Of a stretch of DNA of 64,000 bases, positions 14,707 to 27,120 are shown one piece after another. This stretch comes from Mytilus edulis (taxonomy: Eukaryota), in NCBI RefSeq assembly GCF_963676685.1, contig NC_092352.1:24056001-24120000 (forward strand), written 5' to 3'. The notes beneath the pieces were generated by a model, which worked only from the letters and a program-made list of their open reading frames with translations, ran no database searches and was not told where the DNA came from. The first letter of the stretch is position 1. Each line of letters starts with the position of its first letter. The position numbers and the translations under genes were made by a program.

Positions 14707-16016
14707 ATGAAAGTCCCAACTATGTATTGGCTTCCGAAGCTACACAAAACCCCTTACAAATATAGATTTATTTCGTCTTCAAGCCATTGTTCAACTACTA
14801 AATTGTCTATTCTTCTTACCAGCACACTTGGTACAATTAAAAACCTGATAATAAATTGTTCAAATAAGGCTTTCGAAAATAGTGGAATAAATTACTTTTG
14901 GAGTGTCAAGAACTCGTTGGAAGTACTTGATAAATTGCATGCTTATATTGGTGATTTTGAATCTGTTCAAAGTTTTGATTTTTCTACCCTGTATACCACA
15001 TTGCCTCACATTCTCATTAAGAAAAAAATCACACACCTAATTAAATGGGCATTCAAAAAATCAGAATGTGAATATATATGTTCAAACTCTCTTTTAGGTC
15101 ATTTTTTAGTAGCAATAAACAAAAAAATTATGTTAATTGGACATGCTTTGATACTATATATGCCCTTGAATTTTTACTAGATAACATTTTTGTTCGCTTT
15201 GGGGATTCCGTATATCGTCAGATTATCGGAATTCCAATGGGGACTAACTGTGCACCACTTATTGCGGACCTGTTTTTGTATTGTTATGAGTTACAATTTA
15301 TGACAAAAATAAGCAAAGACCCATCGAAACAACATCTGATAAACAAATTTAATAATACTTTTAGATATTTGGATGATATTTTGGCTCTCAATAATGACGA
15401 CTTCAGTATGTATATTAATGAAATTTATCCTGTTGAACTCACTTCAAATAAAGCTAATACTAACAATGACCACTGCCCTTTTCTCGATCTTGATATCTAT
15501 ATCACTAATGGAAAGCTGAATACTAAAATTTATGATAAAAGGGATGATTTTTCATTTCCTATCGTTAATTATCCGTTTTTAGATGGTGACGTTCCCTTGT
15601 CACCATATTACGGTGTTTATATATCTCAACTTGTACGATTCGCTCGTGTATGTAACAATGTTTTAGATTTTAACGAGAGAAATTTATGTATTACTGAAAA
15701 ATTATTACACCAGGGTTTTCGATATCACAAACTAGTCAAAACATTTACTAAATTTTATCATCGGTATAAAGACATCATTCGTAAATATAGCTCAACATGC
15801 AGACTTCTAATACGTTCAGGTATTTCACATCCAATTTTTTATGGAAATATTCTTTATAAAGCAAAAAGGTGTCAGTATTCACCTCAGAAACTTACAAAAC
15901 CTTTGAATAGACTTATTAAGAAGGGATATAATTACGATACTGTTGTCAAGTCATTAAAGATTGCATATTTTGGCGTTAATATTGAGTCACTGATAATGTC
16001 TTTGCATCGGAACTAA
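14707..16016 (+). pseudogene. PLE reverse transcriptase (frameshift near 15090)
   Basis: YWLPKLHK, FDFSTLYT, QIIGIPMGTNCAP, FRYLDDIL, FLDLDI, KIYDKRDDF. Confidence 0.9.
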
Positions 16017-16053
16017 ACACATTTATTCTAAAAACAGTTGTTGGCATGACACG

Positions 16054-16146
16054 GGTTATGTTCTTCTCATATATGTTATGATGGTATGATACTAAACCCC
16101 TAACGGGAAGGATTGTGCCTGATGTTCATATGATGAAATCATAATC
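16054..16146 (+). promoter_or_regulatory. SECIS element (type II)
   Basis: ATGA (16078-81), helix GGTATGAT/ATTGTGCC, unpaired AAA (16094-96), CCC/GGG mini-helix, TGAT (16120-23); lower helix TCATAT/ATATGA; about 40-60 nt after the RT stop. Confidence 0.8.
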
Positions 16147-16341
16147 TTTCAGTCAGTTTAATTGAAGTCTGGAGCTGGCATGTCAGTTAACTGCTAGTAG
16201 TCTGTTGTTATTTATGTATTATTGTCATTTTGTTTATTTTCTTTGGTTACATCTTCTGACATCAGACTCGGACTTCTCTTGAACTGAATTTTAATGTACG
16301 TATTGTTATGCGTTTACTTTTCTACATTGGTTAGAGGTATA

Positions 16342-16409
16342 GGGGGAGGGTTGAGATCTCACAAACATGTTTAACCCCGCCGCATTTTTGCGCCTGTCCC
16401 AAGTGAGGA
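16342..16409 (+). ncRNA. twister-ribozyme-like motif (best-formed P2)
   Basis: GGGG-GA-GGG...TAA-CCCC-GC-[CGCA/TGCG]-CCTG-T-CCC-AA-GT-GAGG-A; P2 and both pseudoknots can form; one P4 mismatch. Confidence 0.6.
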
Positions 16410-17290
16410 GCCTCTGGCCTTTGTTAGTCTTGTATTATTTTAATTTTAGTTTCTTGTGTACAATTTGGAAATTAGTATGGCGTTCATTATCACTTGACTA
16501 GTATATATTTGTTTAGGGGCCGGCTGAGGGACGCCTCCGGGTGCGGGAATTTCTCGCTACATTGAAGACCTGTTGGTGACCCTCTGCTGTTGTTTTTTAT
16601 TTGGTCTGGTTGTTGTCTCTTTGACACATTCCCCATTTCCATTCTCAATTTTATTATTTATGCTTAACACGTTTAAAAAAGTAATACGTAGATTTAATTA
16701 AGAAATAAAAGTATTAAGTGACATAAGGCCATATTTTCTACTAACACAAAATTTTGGGTACAAGGAGCTTTGTCGAGCTGAGGCTGAGCTGTACCATTTA
16801 AACAAAGCTGGATACCCCCATTTTTTTGGTGCCCAAAATGTTCCAAAAACCCATCAGTTTAACATAATCGTTTTTTTTTTAAATTCTACCGGGAAATTTC
16901 TGAGCAGTATTGGTTTGTTTGATAATTTTAGTAGAAATCAAACGTGAAAAATGGGACATTTTGAAGTATTTAAGGCTCATTAATATGCTATGCAAGAAAT
17001 AACTGTCCAAAAAAGTTGCTAGAATTTAAATATACATATTACTGAAGAAATTTGTCTATATCAGACAGTTACACTATTTTTCATATACGCTCTAGCACAC
17101 TCAATAGCAAGACACGATTATTTGCAAATAAGGCCCTAAAATACACTTTTCAAGGCACTCTATGGAAAAAACAAGCCTAATGACCCCCATTTTTCTCAAC
17201 ATTTTTGAATTCAGTATAAAAAATTCTACAAAATATGTGAAAATAAAAAAAAATCTACCGGGGGTCCTTATTGGGGTCAGCCACCTTAAA

Positions 17291-18058
17291 CCCTCTTGAT
17301 GCCAGTTGTTTTTTAAGGTTGTATTTCGTGTGCCAGAAAATACGTCACCTCGACGTCTCTGTTACATCAGATGTCCAACAATGACGTCATTCGATATATG
17401 ACGTCAAGCCAAAAATGACGTTAGATTTGTGATCCACTGAAGAAAAATACTGTTTAAAATCTTCCGTCTTTTATTTGAAAAAGATAACATAACTTCTGAT
17501 TTTTTAACCCTGTATACCAACGTTCTCCTTGTGAAATTATAAAATTGTTTTGAATAAACATTAAATGACACAATTTCTTCTTATGTGACGTTTACATTTT
17601 CTGACGTCAGACACGCGAAGCAATAAATGTGTATTTTAATTTGATAGATGCGTTTGTGCTTTTTAGTAAATGATTGTTTGTTTTAAGATTGTAACACAAT
17701 GTTGACTGCTGTACCCATATTTTGACTCTTTAATTTATTTACATGTCTGTTTTGTTCACGCATCGTTGTATTTATAACGGAATTTAATGATACTGTCGTA
17801 CAAGTGAGAGGTTTAGCGCTATAAAAACCAGGTTCAATCCACCATTTTCTACGTTTGAAAATGCCTGTACCAAGTCAAAAATGACAGTTATCCATTCCTT
17901 TGGTGTGTTTTGTCATTTGAATTTGCCATGTGATAAGGGACTTTCCAATTATATTTTCCTCGGAGTTCAGTATTTTTGTGATTTTACTTTATACAACAAG
18001 AGGAGAAGCTTGCTCAAATTTAAACATTGATATATGTCTCCCTCCGGCAGCAAGAGGG
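17291..18058. mobile_element. non-autonomous piggyBac-like element with nested PLE 3' fragment
   Basis: TIRs CCCTCTTGATGCC / GGCAGCAAGAGGG, flanked by T(T)AAA on the left and TTAA on the right. Confidence 0.6.
17804..17877 (+). ncRNA. twister-like motif, P4 damaged
   Basis: GTGA-GA-GGT...CAA-TCC-AC-P3-CCTG-TACCAAGT-CA. Confidence 0.4.
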
Positions 18059-18699
18059 TTAAGTGTGTATCTAGCCGGTTTTACCAGTATTTTTTAAAAA
18101 TAATATTCTCAAAAACATAACCAATAATAGAAATCTAGTCCGTTTAAATAGTTTTAAAAATAAGACCTATCATTCCAACACTTGAAAAACGACAATATAA
18201 TCCATTCCTTTATTTAATGTGTTGTGGCTTTTTACTTTGCCATTTGATTTCTCGACTTTCCGATTTGAATTATTCCTTGGGAGTCCAGTATTTTTGTGAT
18301 TTTATTTTTTTACTGTGAAAGTATGAACGTCTGATGTAGATTTAGCAAAAAAGTATAAACCAAATATTCATATAATTTGACGTATCAATGTCGTATGACG
18401 CGTTTTCATCCAAATGAAAGCCTTTAAAATATAGAAACACTAATTGCAGTTTGATGGTCTACACGGAAAAGTCCTTTCCGAGAAAAAAGCACTCAAAACA
18501 AAGAATACGTTCTAGAAATTATCACATATCACTTGATTCATTTTAGTTGTGTGATAAAGTCACGGGGGGTTAACTTCCTATTATTGGGTATACGGGGATG
18601 TGCCACAAATATGGGTCATAATTTTGCGAGATTTTATATAGAAATGACCCTCCTTTTTAATGACATCCTATATTAAAATGCATTAATATTGTCTTCATA

Positions 18700-19165
18700 T
18701 GTAACCCATACTTCAGCCAATACTTGCATCTCATATATCCCAGTGAACTTGAAATTAAGGATACTACTGATACTAGAAGGACTGCGTCATACCTTAATCT
18801 TTTCCTCAATATTGACGTAGATGGACGACTTCACACGAAAATCTATGACAAACGGGACGATTTCAACTTCCCAATTATCAATTTCCCATTTCTCAGCAGT
18901 AACATACCATCTGCCCCTTCGTATGGTGTTTACATATCACAATTGATACGTTATTCACGTGCTTACGTTATTCACGTGCTTGTTCACACTATACGGACTT
19001 CATATACAGGAGTGTGCTACTTACGCAGAAACTTCTCCAACAAAGCTATGAGGACAGATTAAAATTGACACTCCGTAAAATTTTATGGACACCATCACGA
19101 ATTGGTGGATCCATACGATGTGTGTTTAACCAAACTAGCTAAGGACATTTTTACCACATGGTAGA
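18700..19165 (+). pseudogene. PLE RT C-terminal fragment
   Basis: IYPSELEIKDTT, KIYDKRDDFNFPIINFPFLSSNIP, YGVYISQLIRY; frameshifted. Confidence 0.85.
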
Positions 19166-19993
19166 TTATGGTTTGTCATTATGTCGTCTAATCTTTTAAT
19201 TACCAAACGTGACTGTTTTGCTGAGTGTGAATTCGCATTACTATAAGACGTGTTACGGTACTTGTCTATCCCAAACTCATGTATTTAGTTTAAATGTTTA
19301 ATGTTATATTTGTAATTCTCATCGGATTTTGTCAGATGTGTTGACGTCTTTTCTATTATATTTATGTGTTATGGAAACAAAAATTAATCACCGCCGTCAT
19401 TTATTAGATATAATTTTGGTCAACATAATCTGTACGATAATTTAAGTTTGAAGTTGGATTCATAACAAACTGCACATATACATATTATAGTTAATTGCTA
19501 TTAATAAGTATTGCAATATGCATTGTGTTTAAATGCAATATCAGTATTTAGTTCTATTTTAATCTTTAATCAATCCTAATTCTATCTTACTTTTGAGATA
19601 TAGTTTTTCATATGTGACGTAATTTTTCTGCTGTTTCAGAAATTTCATATGTTCAAATTTTTAATGCCTTTTCACCGTCGTATGTGACGTCATTTTCATA
19701 ATTTACTGCGTTGAAGCCTGGACTGAGTCGGGTGTCTATTCTGTGTTGGTCATTCATTATGTATTCGTGTTTGTTTTATGTAATGAGTTAATACTTCAGT
19801 TTCATTATGTATATCTGTTATATTCATTTGATAAAATTTACTGTTTGCAATAGCATTAATTGTTCTAAATAATTAGGATGTTGTTATCCCAAGCATACAA
19901 ACTTAGCCATATTTGACACAACCTTTTTCAACTTTTGATCTTCAGTGCTGTACAACTTTGTACTTTTTTTCGCTTTCGATCTTTTATATCTTG

Positions 19994-20037
19994 GCGTCAC
20001 TGATGAGTCTTGTGTGGACGAGGCGCGTTTTTGGCGT
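19994..20037 (+). ncRNA. degenerate minimal type I hammerhead ribozyme
   Basis: GCGTCA-CTGATGA-GTCT/GGAC-GAGG (in place of GAAA)...TGGCGT. Confidence 0.55.
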
Positions 20038-20174
20038 ATTAAATTTTAAACCTGATGCTTTTTGTTATTCATTAATCATGTATTTCTTTGTCTAATACGT
20101 TTTCCTATTTATTGTATTGTAGTCCTGTAATATTATGTTGTCATTTCTATGTTATATTTAACATTGCCATTCAA

Positions 20175-20252
20175 GTGCGAGGTTTGGCATGCCACAAAAC
20201 CAGGTTCAACCCACCATTTCTTCCTTTAAAAATGTCCTGTACCAAGTCAGGA
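20175..20252 (+). ncRNA. twister-like motif
   Basis: GTGC-GA-GGT...CAA-CCC-AC-P3-CCTG-TACCAAGT-CAGG-A. Confidence 0.5.
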
Positions 20253-20827
20253 ATATGGCCATTTTTATTTTATAGTTCGTTTCTGTGTGTGTAACAATTT
20301 AACATTGCGTCGTTTGTTTTCTCTTATTTTTGAGTGTAAATTGACATTGCGATAAGACGTGTCACGGTACTTGTCTATCCCAAATTCATGTATTTGGTTT
20401 TGATGTTATATTTGTTATTCTCGTGGGATTTTGTCTGATGCTTGGTCCGTTTCTGTGTGTGTTAGTTACATTGTAGTGTTGTGTCGTTGTTCTCCTCTTA
20501 TATTTATGCGTTTCCGTCAGTTTTAGTTTGTTACCCCGATTTTGTTTTTTGTCCATGGATTTATGAGTTTGAACAGCGGTATACTACTGTTGCCTTTATT
20601 TACGTTCGATAACTGTATATTGATTTGGGGTATACATATCATATATAAATATGCTATTGAGAATCTTACATTATTAATGGTCAAGTATTATATTAAAATG
20701 AATCAATTCATTTGAAAGTTCACCTTTCAAATAAGTTCGAACCCCGAAAATTTGTCTGCTGATTTGATCTTCAATAACGATTTGACGTCAATGTTTAAGT
20801 ACACAAAAAAAGATCAATATTTCCAAT

Positions 20828-21093
20828 ATGGAGTTCGGAATTGAGTTTGGTGACAATGGTGAACCCATCCAAGCAGTTTTCATTGATGAAGATTGTATTT
20901 TATTTAAACTAAGACAAATAATTGTGGAAGATGGCTTAAATGTGCCGGATTTTTTTTATTTTGTTTCTAAGCAAGGCAATATTATTTCAAGGAAACAAGA
21001 AAAACGGTTAAAGGTGACGTCTGTCAGTGACAGCGAAAAAAAATTGTGGCTTTGGACTATCACTGCAGAGACAATGAAATACAATCTACTAAG
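20828..21093 (+). CDS. possible first coding exon of an unknown gene
   Basis: ATG-initiated 89-aa globular-looking ORF ending at a consensus donor AAG|GTAAGT; no downstream exons identified. Confidence 0.35.
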
Positions 21094-21499
21094 GTAAGTC
21101 AATGTTCACATCAAACAGTGGTACACCTGTTTTACCTGTTTACACTAATATACGTACGTCATATTGGCAGAAAATACAATATTTATTTGTGCGGCAGCGA
21201 GCTTTAGAAACACAAATATGGAATCGCTTTTTCATGTTTCGTACTTGAGCATTTTCTACATTTACTCTAGTCCGTATGTCAGTTTTTGGTGTTAATGATA
21301 TCGCGTCATATAGACGACGTCATTTTAACAGGTTTTCATACATAGGATAACCGAAGTTTAACGCCGGATAAAGAGTTAGAAGTTTAACGCCGGATAAAGA
21401 GTTGGAAAAGAAAATACCTTTAGAAATAACATTAACAGGCCTATTCTGCATAATTGCAAAAGTTTATGCCATTTTTGCAATACATCCCTGATATAAATT

Positions 21500-22050
21500 C
21501 TATATATAACTTTTGGACTAGTTTAAATCTCGGTCTACTTCTAAAACTTATTCTTACATACTTTTGATTATTTAACCCTGTATGCTAACATTGCCTATGT
21601 AACATTTTTAAATCGTTTGTATGCACATTGAACGACAAATTTATGTGACGTATATAATTTTCTGACGTAAGACACTCAAATCAATGAATGTGTTCGTAGA
21701 TAGTAGATGTTTTTGTGTTCTGTTAAATATTGTTCCTTTTAAAATTGTTATACGATGATGACTGATGTACCCATATGTTGACTATTTTATTAATTGTGTC
21801 TGTTTATTTAACGCATCAATGTAAATATAACGGAATTTGACGAGACTGTCATCAAAGTGAGAGGGTTAGCGCTATATAGAGCCAGGTTTAATCCACCATT
21901 TTCTACATTTGAAAATGCCTGTACCAAGTCAGGAATATGACAATTCTTGTCCATTCGTTTTTGATAGTTTTGTTATTTGAATTGGCCATGTGATTATGGA
22001 CTTTCCGAATTAATTTTCCTCTAAGTTCAGTATTTTTGTAATTTTACTTT
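21500..22050 (+). mobile_element. PLE 3' UTR/pLTR copy containing a twister-like motif (21857-21934)
   Basis: Closely similar to the reverse complement of 3575-4115. Confidence 0.75.
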
Positions 22051-24749
22051 TTATAAATATCATTTAAGGCACAATTGTTGAAGGTTTTTTAGTGACGGGT
22101 ATGCTTTATTTCAGTTTGGTTTTTTTTTTAACTCTGGCTTACATTGCTATTGGCAGGTCTCTTACTTAATTCTGTTATCGTTCATAGCGCAATTTGTAGG
22201 AAAATACATAAGTATTATAGCTGCGAGTATTTCTCCTGCAGAGAACTGAACAGTTTAAAGAGGGGGGCGTAGGGATCCTCATCCCGAAATCCCAGGCTTA
22301 AAAACATGAAATCCCGAGGTACCGAATTTAATCAAAAATAAAATCATGACATCCCAAAAGGATCAATCGCGAGCTGTAAAACACCCGATCCCGACGTTCC
22401 GAAAAAGTCCCTGCTCCCCTCTTTAAAGTCTAAAATTAATAATAGTACTATTGCTATAGTCATATTTTAATATCTTAATAGTATCAAACAGTCTCTTGTC
22501 TGTCCGTGAGGGTACTCAAATTGCAACTTTTCCAGGTTTTTTCACATACGTTTTTTATGATTCAGAGAAACAGTGTGTTCATTTTGTAAACGTAATCTAT
22601 CCTTGTTAATTAATGCTCACAAATTCAATTTCATATCTATCTTGAATCATTAAAAAAAATGGGTAAGAACCGACCACCAATAGAAAATGATTGTCACTTT
22701 AAACATTTAGAACAATTTGATACTAGTCTATGAAAAGTGTTCATATTTTAAATCAATATTACTGAATCCTGATTGCGTTCCCCCCCCCCCCTTTTTTCTA
22801 TGTCTTTTGACAACCTTTACTGTCTAAAGTCTAATTTTGTAATATCCTGTGACGTGGCTCGGTACTTGTACATCCCGCCTTAATGATTAAGCTATTGTCA
22901 TTTGTTTGTTTCTTAATTGATGACCCCTTTGTTTGTGTTAAGCTATTGTCATTTGTTTGTTTCTTAATTGATGACCCCTTTGTTTGTGTTAATATTGGTT
23001 AATGTTATATCAAAATGTTGACTACTGTACCTCCGTTTTTTGTATTTACTTATAAATTTTAGTTGCACACAAGAAATAAAGGCGAATTCCAAAGAAAATA
23101 CTACTGTGAAACTCCTTTAGTCAATGACAAAATCAAAAGCTCGAACGACTAAAACGTATGTATAACAACTAAAAACTCCCACTTATATGACAGTCGCGTA
23201 AAATTTCATTATATTGACAACTATGTGGTAACAAAACTTCCAGTTAAATAGGTATACAGTAGACAACCTTGTGTTATACTCTTTATTAACATTAAAACAT
23301 AAAAATATGTCGACAAAGAAAAACAAAAAGGCATATTGACAAAGCACATTAAAAGAAACGAGACAAGAATACTAAAAAGTACTATAGCACCCTGACCGGA
23401 TGTTCAAGTACAGAGCCACGTCAAATGGTTATTACCAAAAGATTAACATAGTTGTAGTTTTAAAAGACAATAAGAGAAAAAAATCATAATTTAACACGTT
23501 ATTGAGATATAAAATAAAACGTAAGTACCTACAGTCGCCGGCACGTAAAATTGGCACCATGATTTTTGTCGATTTTTTTTTTATTGTCAGTCGCATTTAC
23601 TCGAGATGTTTTTCAAATAGCGGAATAAAAATCCATTCCAAATATATAGAACTGTCCTACCTTTTATTGTGTTTGCACTGTATAATCCTGACCTTCTCAT
23701 TTTTCAAGATTATTTACATGGCCAAATTATCCGCCATCTTCGTTTCTATGAGGATCCTCTAGTTACATAGCATTCGTTACTTTCCGGCAATGTCCGAGTC
23801 ATTGATGTGATACAGTTTCCCGCGCTTTTTACATGTAAACAATAACACGAGTTGTGTAATCGACAAGACAGATGTTACCTGAATATGACCCGGTGAATGG
23901 ACAGAATGGTGTTATACACGATGAAAGAATACAATATAAAGGTAATGTATTAGAAAACAAACCAAAAATAAAAGCCGCAAACATATCCAATCACAACATC
24001 TGAAGAAGACGGAACTTAACATATTTCAGGGGTTATTGGGGCAAGAGAACATGCTTTTCGGAAAATACAGCCGTCCAACGTCATAAAAATATCAAACTAG
24101 GGAACATGGGAATAAGAAGTTGCTAAGCAGGAGTCAAAAAAGGGGGCGGGAGGTAGCGGTAGTCTTCGGAGTGCAGTAGGAGTCAGAATGGGAAAATGGC
24201 TATTTTACTGATTTTCATTTTTAAAAGAATAATGAAATATGCACAGAAAAAAATGAATACCTGTGTGAAATATCTGTTGAGATGTTTTCTGGTTAAAAAA
24301 AACCCAGACATTGATAGTATAAATGGAGCCTTCAAGTTCATGAAAATAGAAGATGATACAGAAACAGCAGAAACACACTTCATGTTTCAACATCAATTTG
24401 TGTAAATGTCAATACAACATAATTGCTACATATGAGTTCAACAAAAGCAAAGTACATGAATTAAAATGGACGCCACAGTTAATTCTGAATGGTTTATTTT
24501 GGAATTTCTGAGAAAAAAATGACACTTAAATTTCTTTTAATGTCGAATGGAAATGCTTACCATTCACAAGTAAACATTAATTCTTATTTATTTTCCATGT
24601 TGATCCTTTAATAATTGACTTTCATTTTTTTTTGTGGATAATATTCTTTTCATTGCATATATATTTACAGAATACCAAAGTCCACATTAATTACATCTCT
24701 TGCATTGAAATCTGCTCTATGCAGGTTCATTGTTACAACTTATAATTAT

Positions 24750-25054
24750 TGTTCATTGTTACAATGTATATGTATGTTCAAGAAAGATAAAAGGCCTATT
24801 TTGAAGTGTCTATTCATTGTTACAATGTACATTTATGTTTAAGAAAGGTAAAAGGGCTATTTTGAAGTGTCTATTCATTGTTACAATGTACATTTATGTT
24901 TAAGAAAGGTAAAAGGGCTATTTTGAAGTGTCTATTCATTGTTACAATGTACATTTATGTTTAAGAAAGGTAAAATGGCTATTTTGAAGTGTCTATTCAT
25001 TGTTACAATGTACATTTATGTTTAAGAAAGGTAAAAGGGCTATTTTGAAGTGTC
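24750..25054. repeat. 61-bp minisatellite, 5 copies
   Basis: Unit TATTCATTGTTACAATGTACATTTATGTTTAAGAAAGGTAAAAGGGCTATTTTGAAGTGTC. Confidence 0.95.
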
Positions 25055-25561
25055 TTAAAACAGGTTTTCGGTCATTATGAGCTCTAGTAATATTTGTTAA
25101 AAGTCTATCCGTTTAACAAAGATGTCAGTTTGTATACGTGTTTTATACTTGTTAGCTTGCAGATGTATTATTAACCACACAACACTCTTTTAGAATTTGT
25201 AGAATCATTAATATAATGTTGTTTATATATGCGATGTTAAGCAGCAGTTTATGGACAGTACACGTTCTGTCGTGATATAGTACCGACAACAAGCTATTAC
25301 ATGCCCCGCTGCTAAAGTTGCCGGTTTTTCAAAAAGTGGCTTAATCGTATATCGGAACGGCGCAATAATGCAAACAGATGACATGCAAGATAGTCGAAGA
25401 GATTTACAACAGACATTCGCAGCTGTGTGTCATCATACTGCATTGCCAGTTACAGATGTATATAAGGCCCTGACATTATAAAGTGTAAAACATGCAAACG
25501 ATAAATCTATGGACCTAAACACAAAACACATATATCTTATACATGTAGATTTCTACCTGTA

Positions 25562-26310
25562 AAAAGTAAAATCACAAAAAAACTGAACTTGAGGAAAATC
25601 AATCCATAATCAAATTACAAAACGCATCAAAAACGAATGGACAAGAACTGTCATATTCCCAACTTGGTACAGGCATTTTCAAATGTAGAAAATGGTGGAT
25701 TAAATCTGGTTTTAAAATGCTAACCCTCTCACTTCGATGACAGTCTCGTCAAGTTCCGTTTTATTTACATTGATGCGTTAACTAAACAGACACAATAAAT
25801 AAAATAGTCAAAATATGGGTACATCAGTCATCATCGTATAACAATTTTAAAAGAAACAAATTAACAGAACACAAAAACATCTATCTACAAACACATTCAT
25901 TGATTTGTGTGTCTGACGTCAGAAATTTTATACGTCACATAAATTTGTCGTTCAATGTACATACAAACAATTTTAAAATTTACATAGGCAATGTTAGCAT
26001 ATAGGGTTAAAAAAATCAAAAGTATGTCAGAATAAATTTCAGAAATATACCGAGATTGAAAATAGTCCAAAAGTTATATACAGAATATAAGAATCCACAA
26101 ATAGTTAATTCCACTACGCGATTGAATGATTTTGACGTTTATGGTTCAACGTATTTTGTAATTCACAATAGAAATACATCATATGACATAAAATAGGACA
26201 ATATTATACTGACGGGATCTTTTGAAGTACAGAGTCACGATATAAGAACCAAAGAACTACAAAAGGTCGCATATACAAAACACGCCACCATAAAATGAAA
26301 GACAATACAA
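25562..26310 (-). mobile_element. PLE 3' UTR/pLTR copy containing a degenerate twister-like motif (25657-25732)
   Basis: Same orientation as, and highly similar to, 3575-4350. Confidence 0.75.
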
Positions 26311-26962
26311 TCACATTATGAGCCCTGAAGTTGGGGAATTTCAAATATAAAAACAAGCATGTCTGAGAGTACTGCATGGCAACTATGCAAACACATTGTC
26401 CCGTACGTATACTGGTTAAGAATTCATTGTTCTGAAACAAAATTCTGACTTGCCTATAACTTGTCATGGTGTGAACTATATTTCAAATATAAAGTTAATA
26501 TACTCCTGCATGGCGAAGATAAATGTGGGAAAATAATTATTTAATTTTACAAGTCCAAGGACCATCACTCTGCGCACAATCATCAGACTGGAATATATAT
26601 CAAACTTATTCTGTAACTTGCCATGATTAAATGTGGAAAACTGATTTGCCTGACTGACGGAAGGACAGACAGACAGGCTAAGTGCAAACCTAAGTCCCCT
26701 TCGATTTCCTTGGAAGGGAACTACTTATTCTACTCTATACAGCAACAAACAACTCACTAAGTTCCATGATACTCTTGACTTTGAGGATACACACAGATAA
26801 TAAAGTAGGGTGGTTGATTTGATATGTTGTACTGGCATGTTTTTTGGTCATTTCTGTTACAAATGTATTAAACGTACTCAGCTTAATGTGTTCATCTTAT
26901 AATGTTGATTGCAAGAGTTGCTTGTAATTGACATATTGTCCTTTGTTGTTGGGATGTACCAT

Positions 26963-27120
26963 GTCCACTTGTATTTTTGTCCATCTGATGAGTTGGGCCC
27001 TTTTCAACTCATTGTATGTATGTGCCTGTCCCGAGTCAGGAGTCCACTTGTATTTTTGTCCATCTGATGAGTTGGGCCCTTTTCAACTCATTGTATGTAT
27101 GTGCCTGTCCCGAGTCAGGA
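26963..27120. repeat. 79-bp tandem duplication
   Basis: GTCCACTTGTATTTTTGTCCATCTGATGAG...CCTGTCCCGAGTCAGGA occurs twice. Confidence 0.9.

Larger units (their letters stand above)
14692..16653 (+). mobile_element. 5'-truncated Penelope-like retroelement (Naiad-type)
   Basis: PLE RT with no C-terminal GIY-YIG, followed by a 3' UTR with SECIS and twister-like motif, ending ...CCCCATTTCCATTCTCAATTTTA. Confidence 0.85.
7734..17285 (+). mobile_element. putative Kolobok-like DNA transposon with nested insertions
   Basis: TTAA|GGTGGCTCGGCCC at the left and GGGGTCAGCCACC|TTAA at the right (imperfect TIR, TTAA TSD); encloses a spliced DDE transposase remnant. Confidence 0.5.

Noticed and set aside
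26985-27012. CTGATGAG as a hammerhead core
   Set aside because: No GAAA after the stem in either copy
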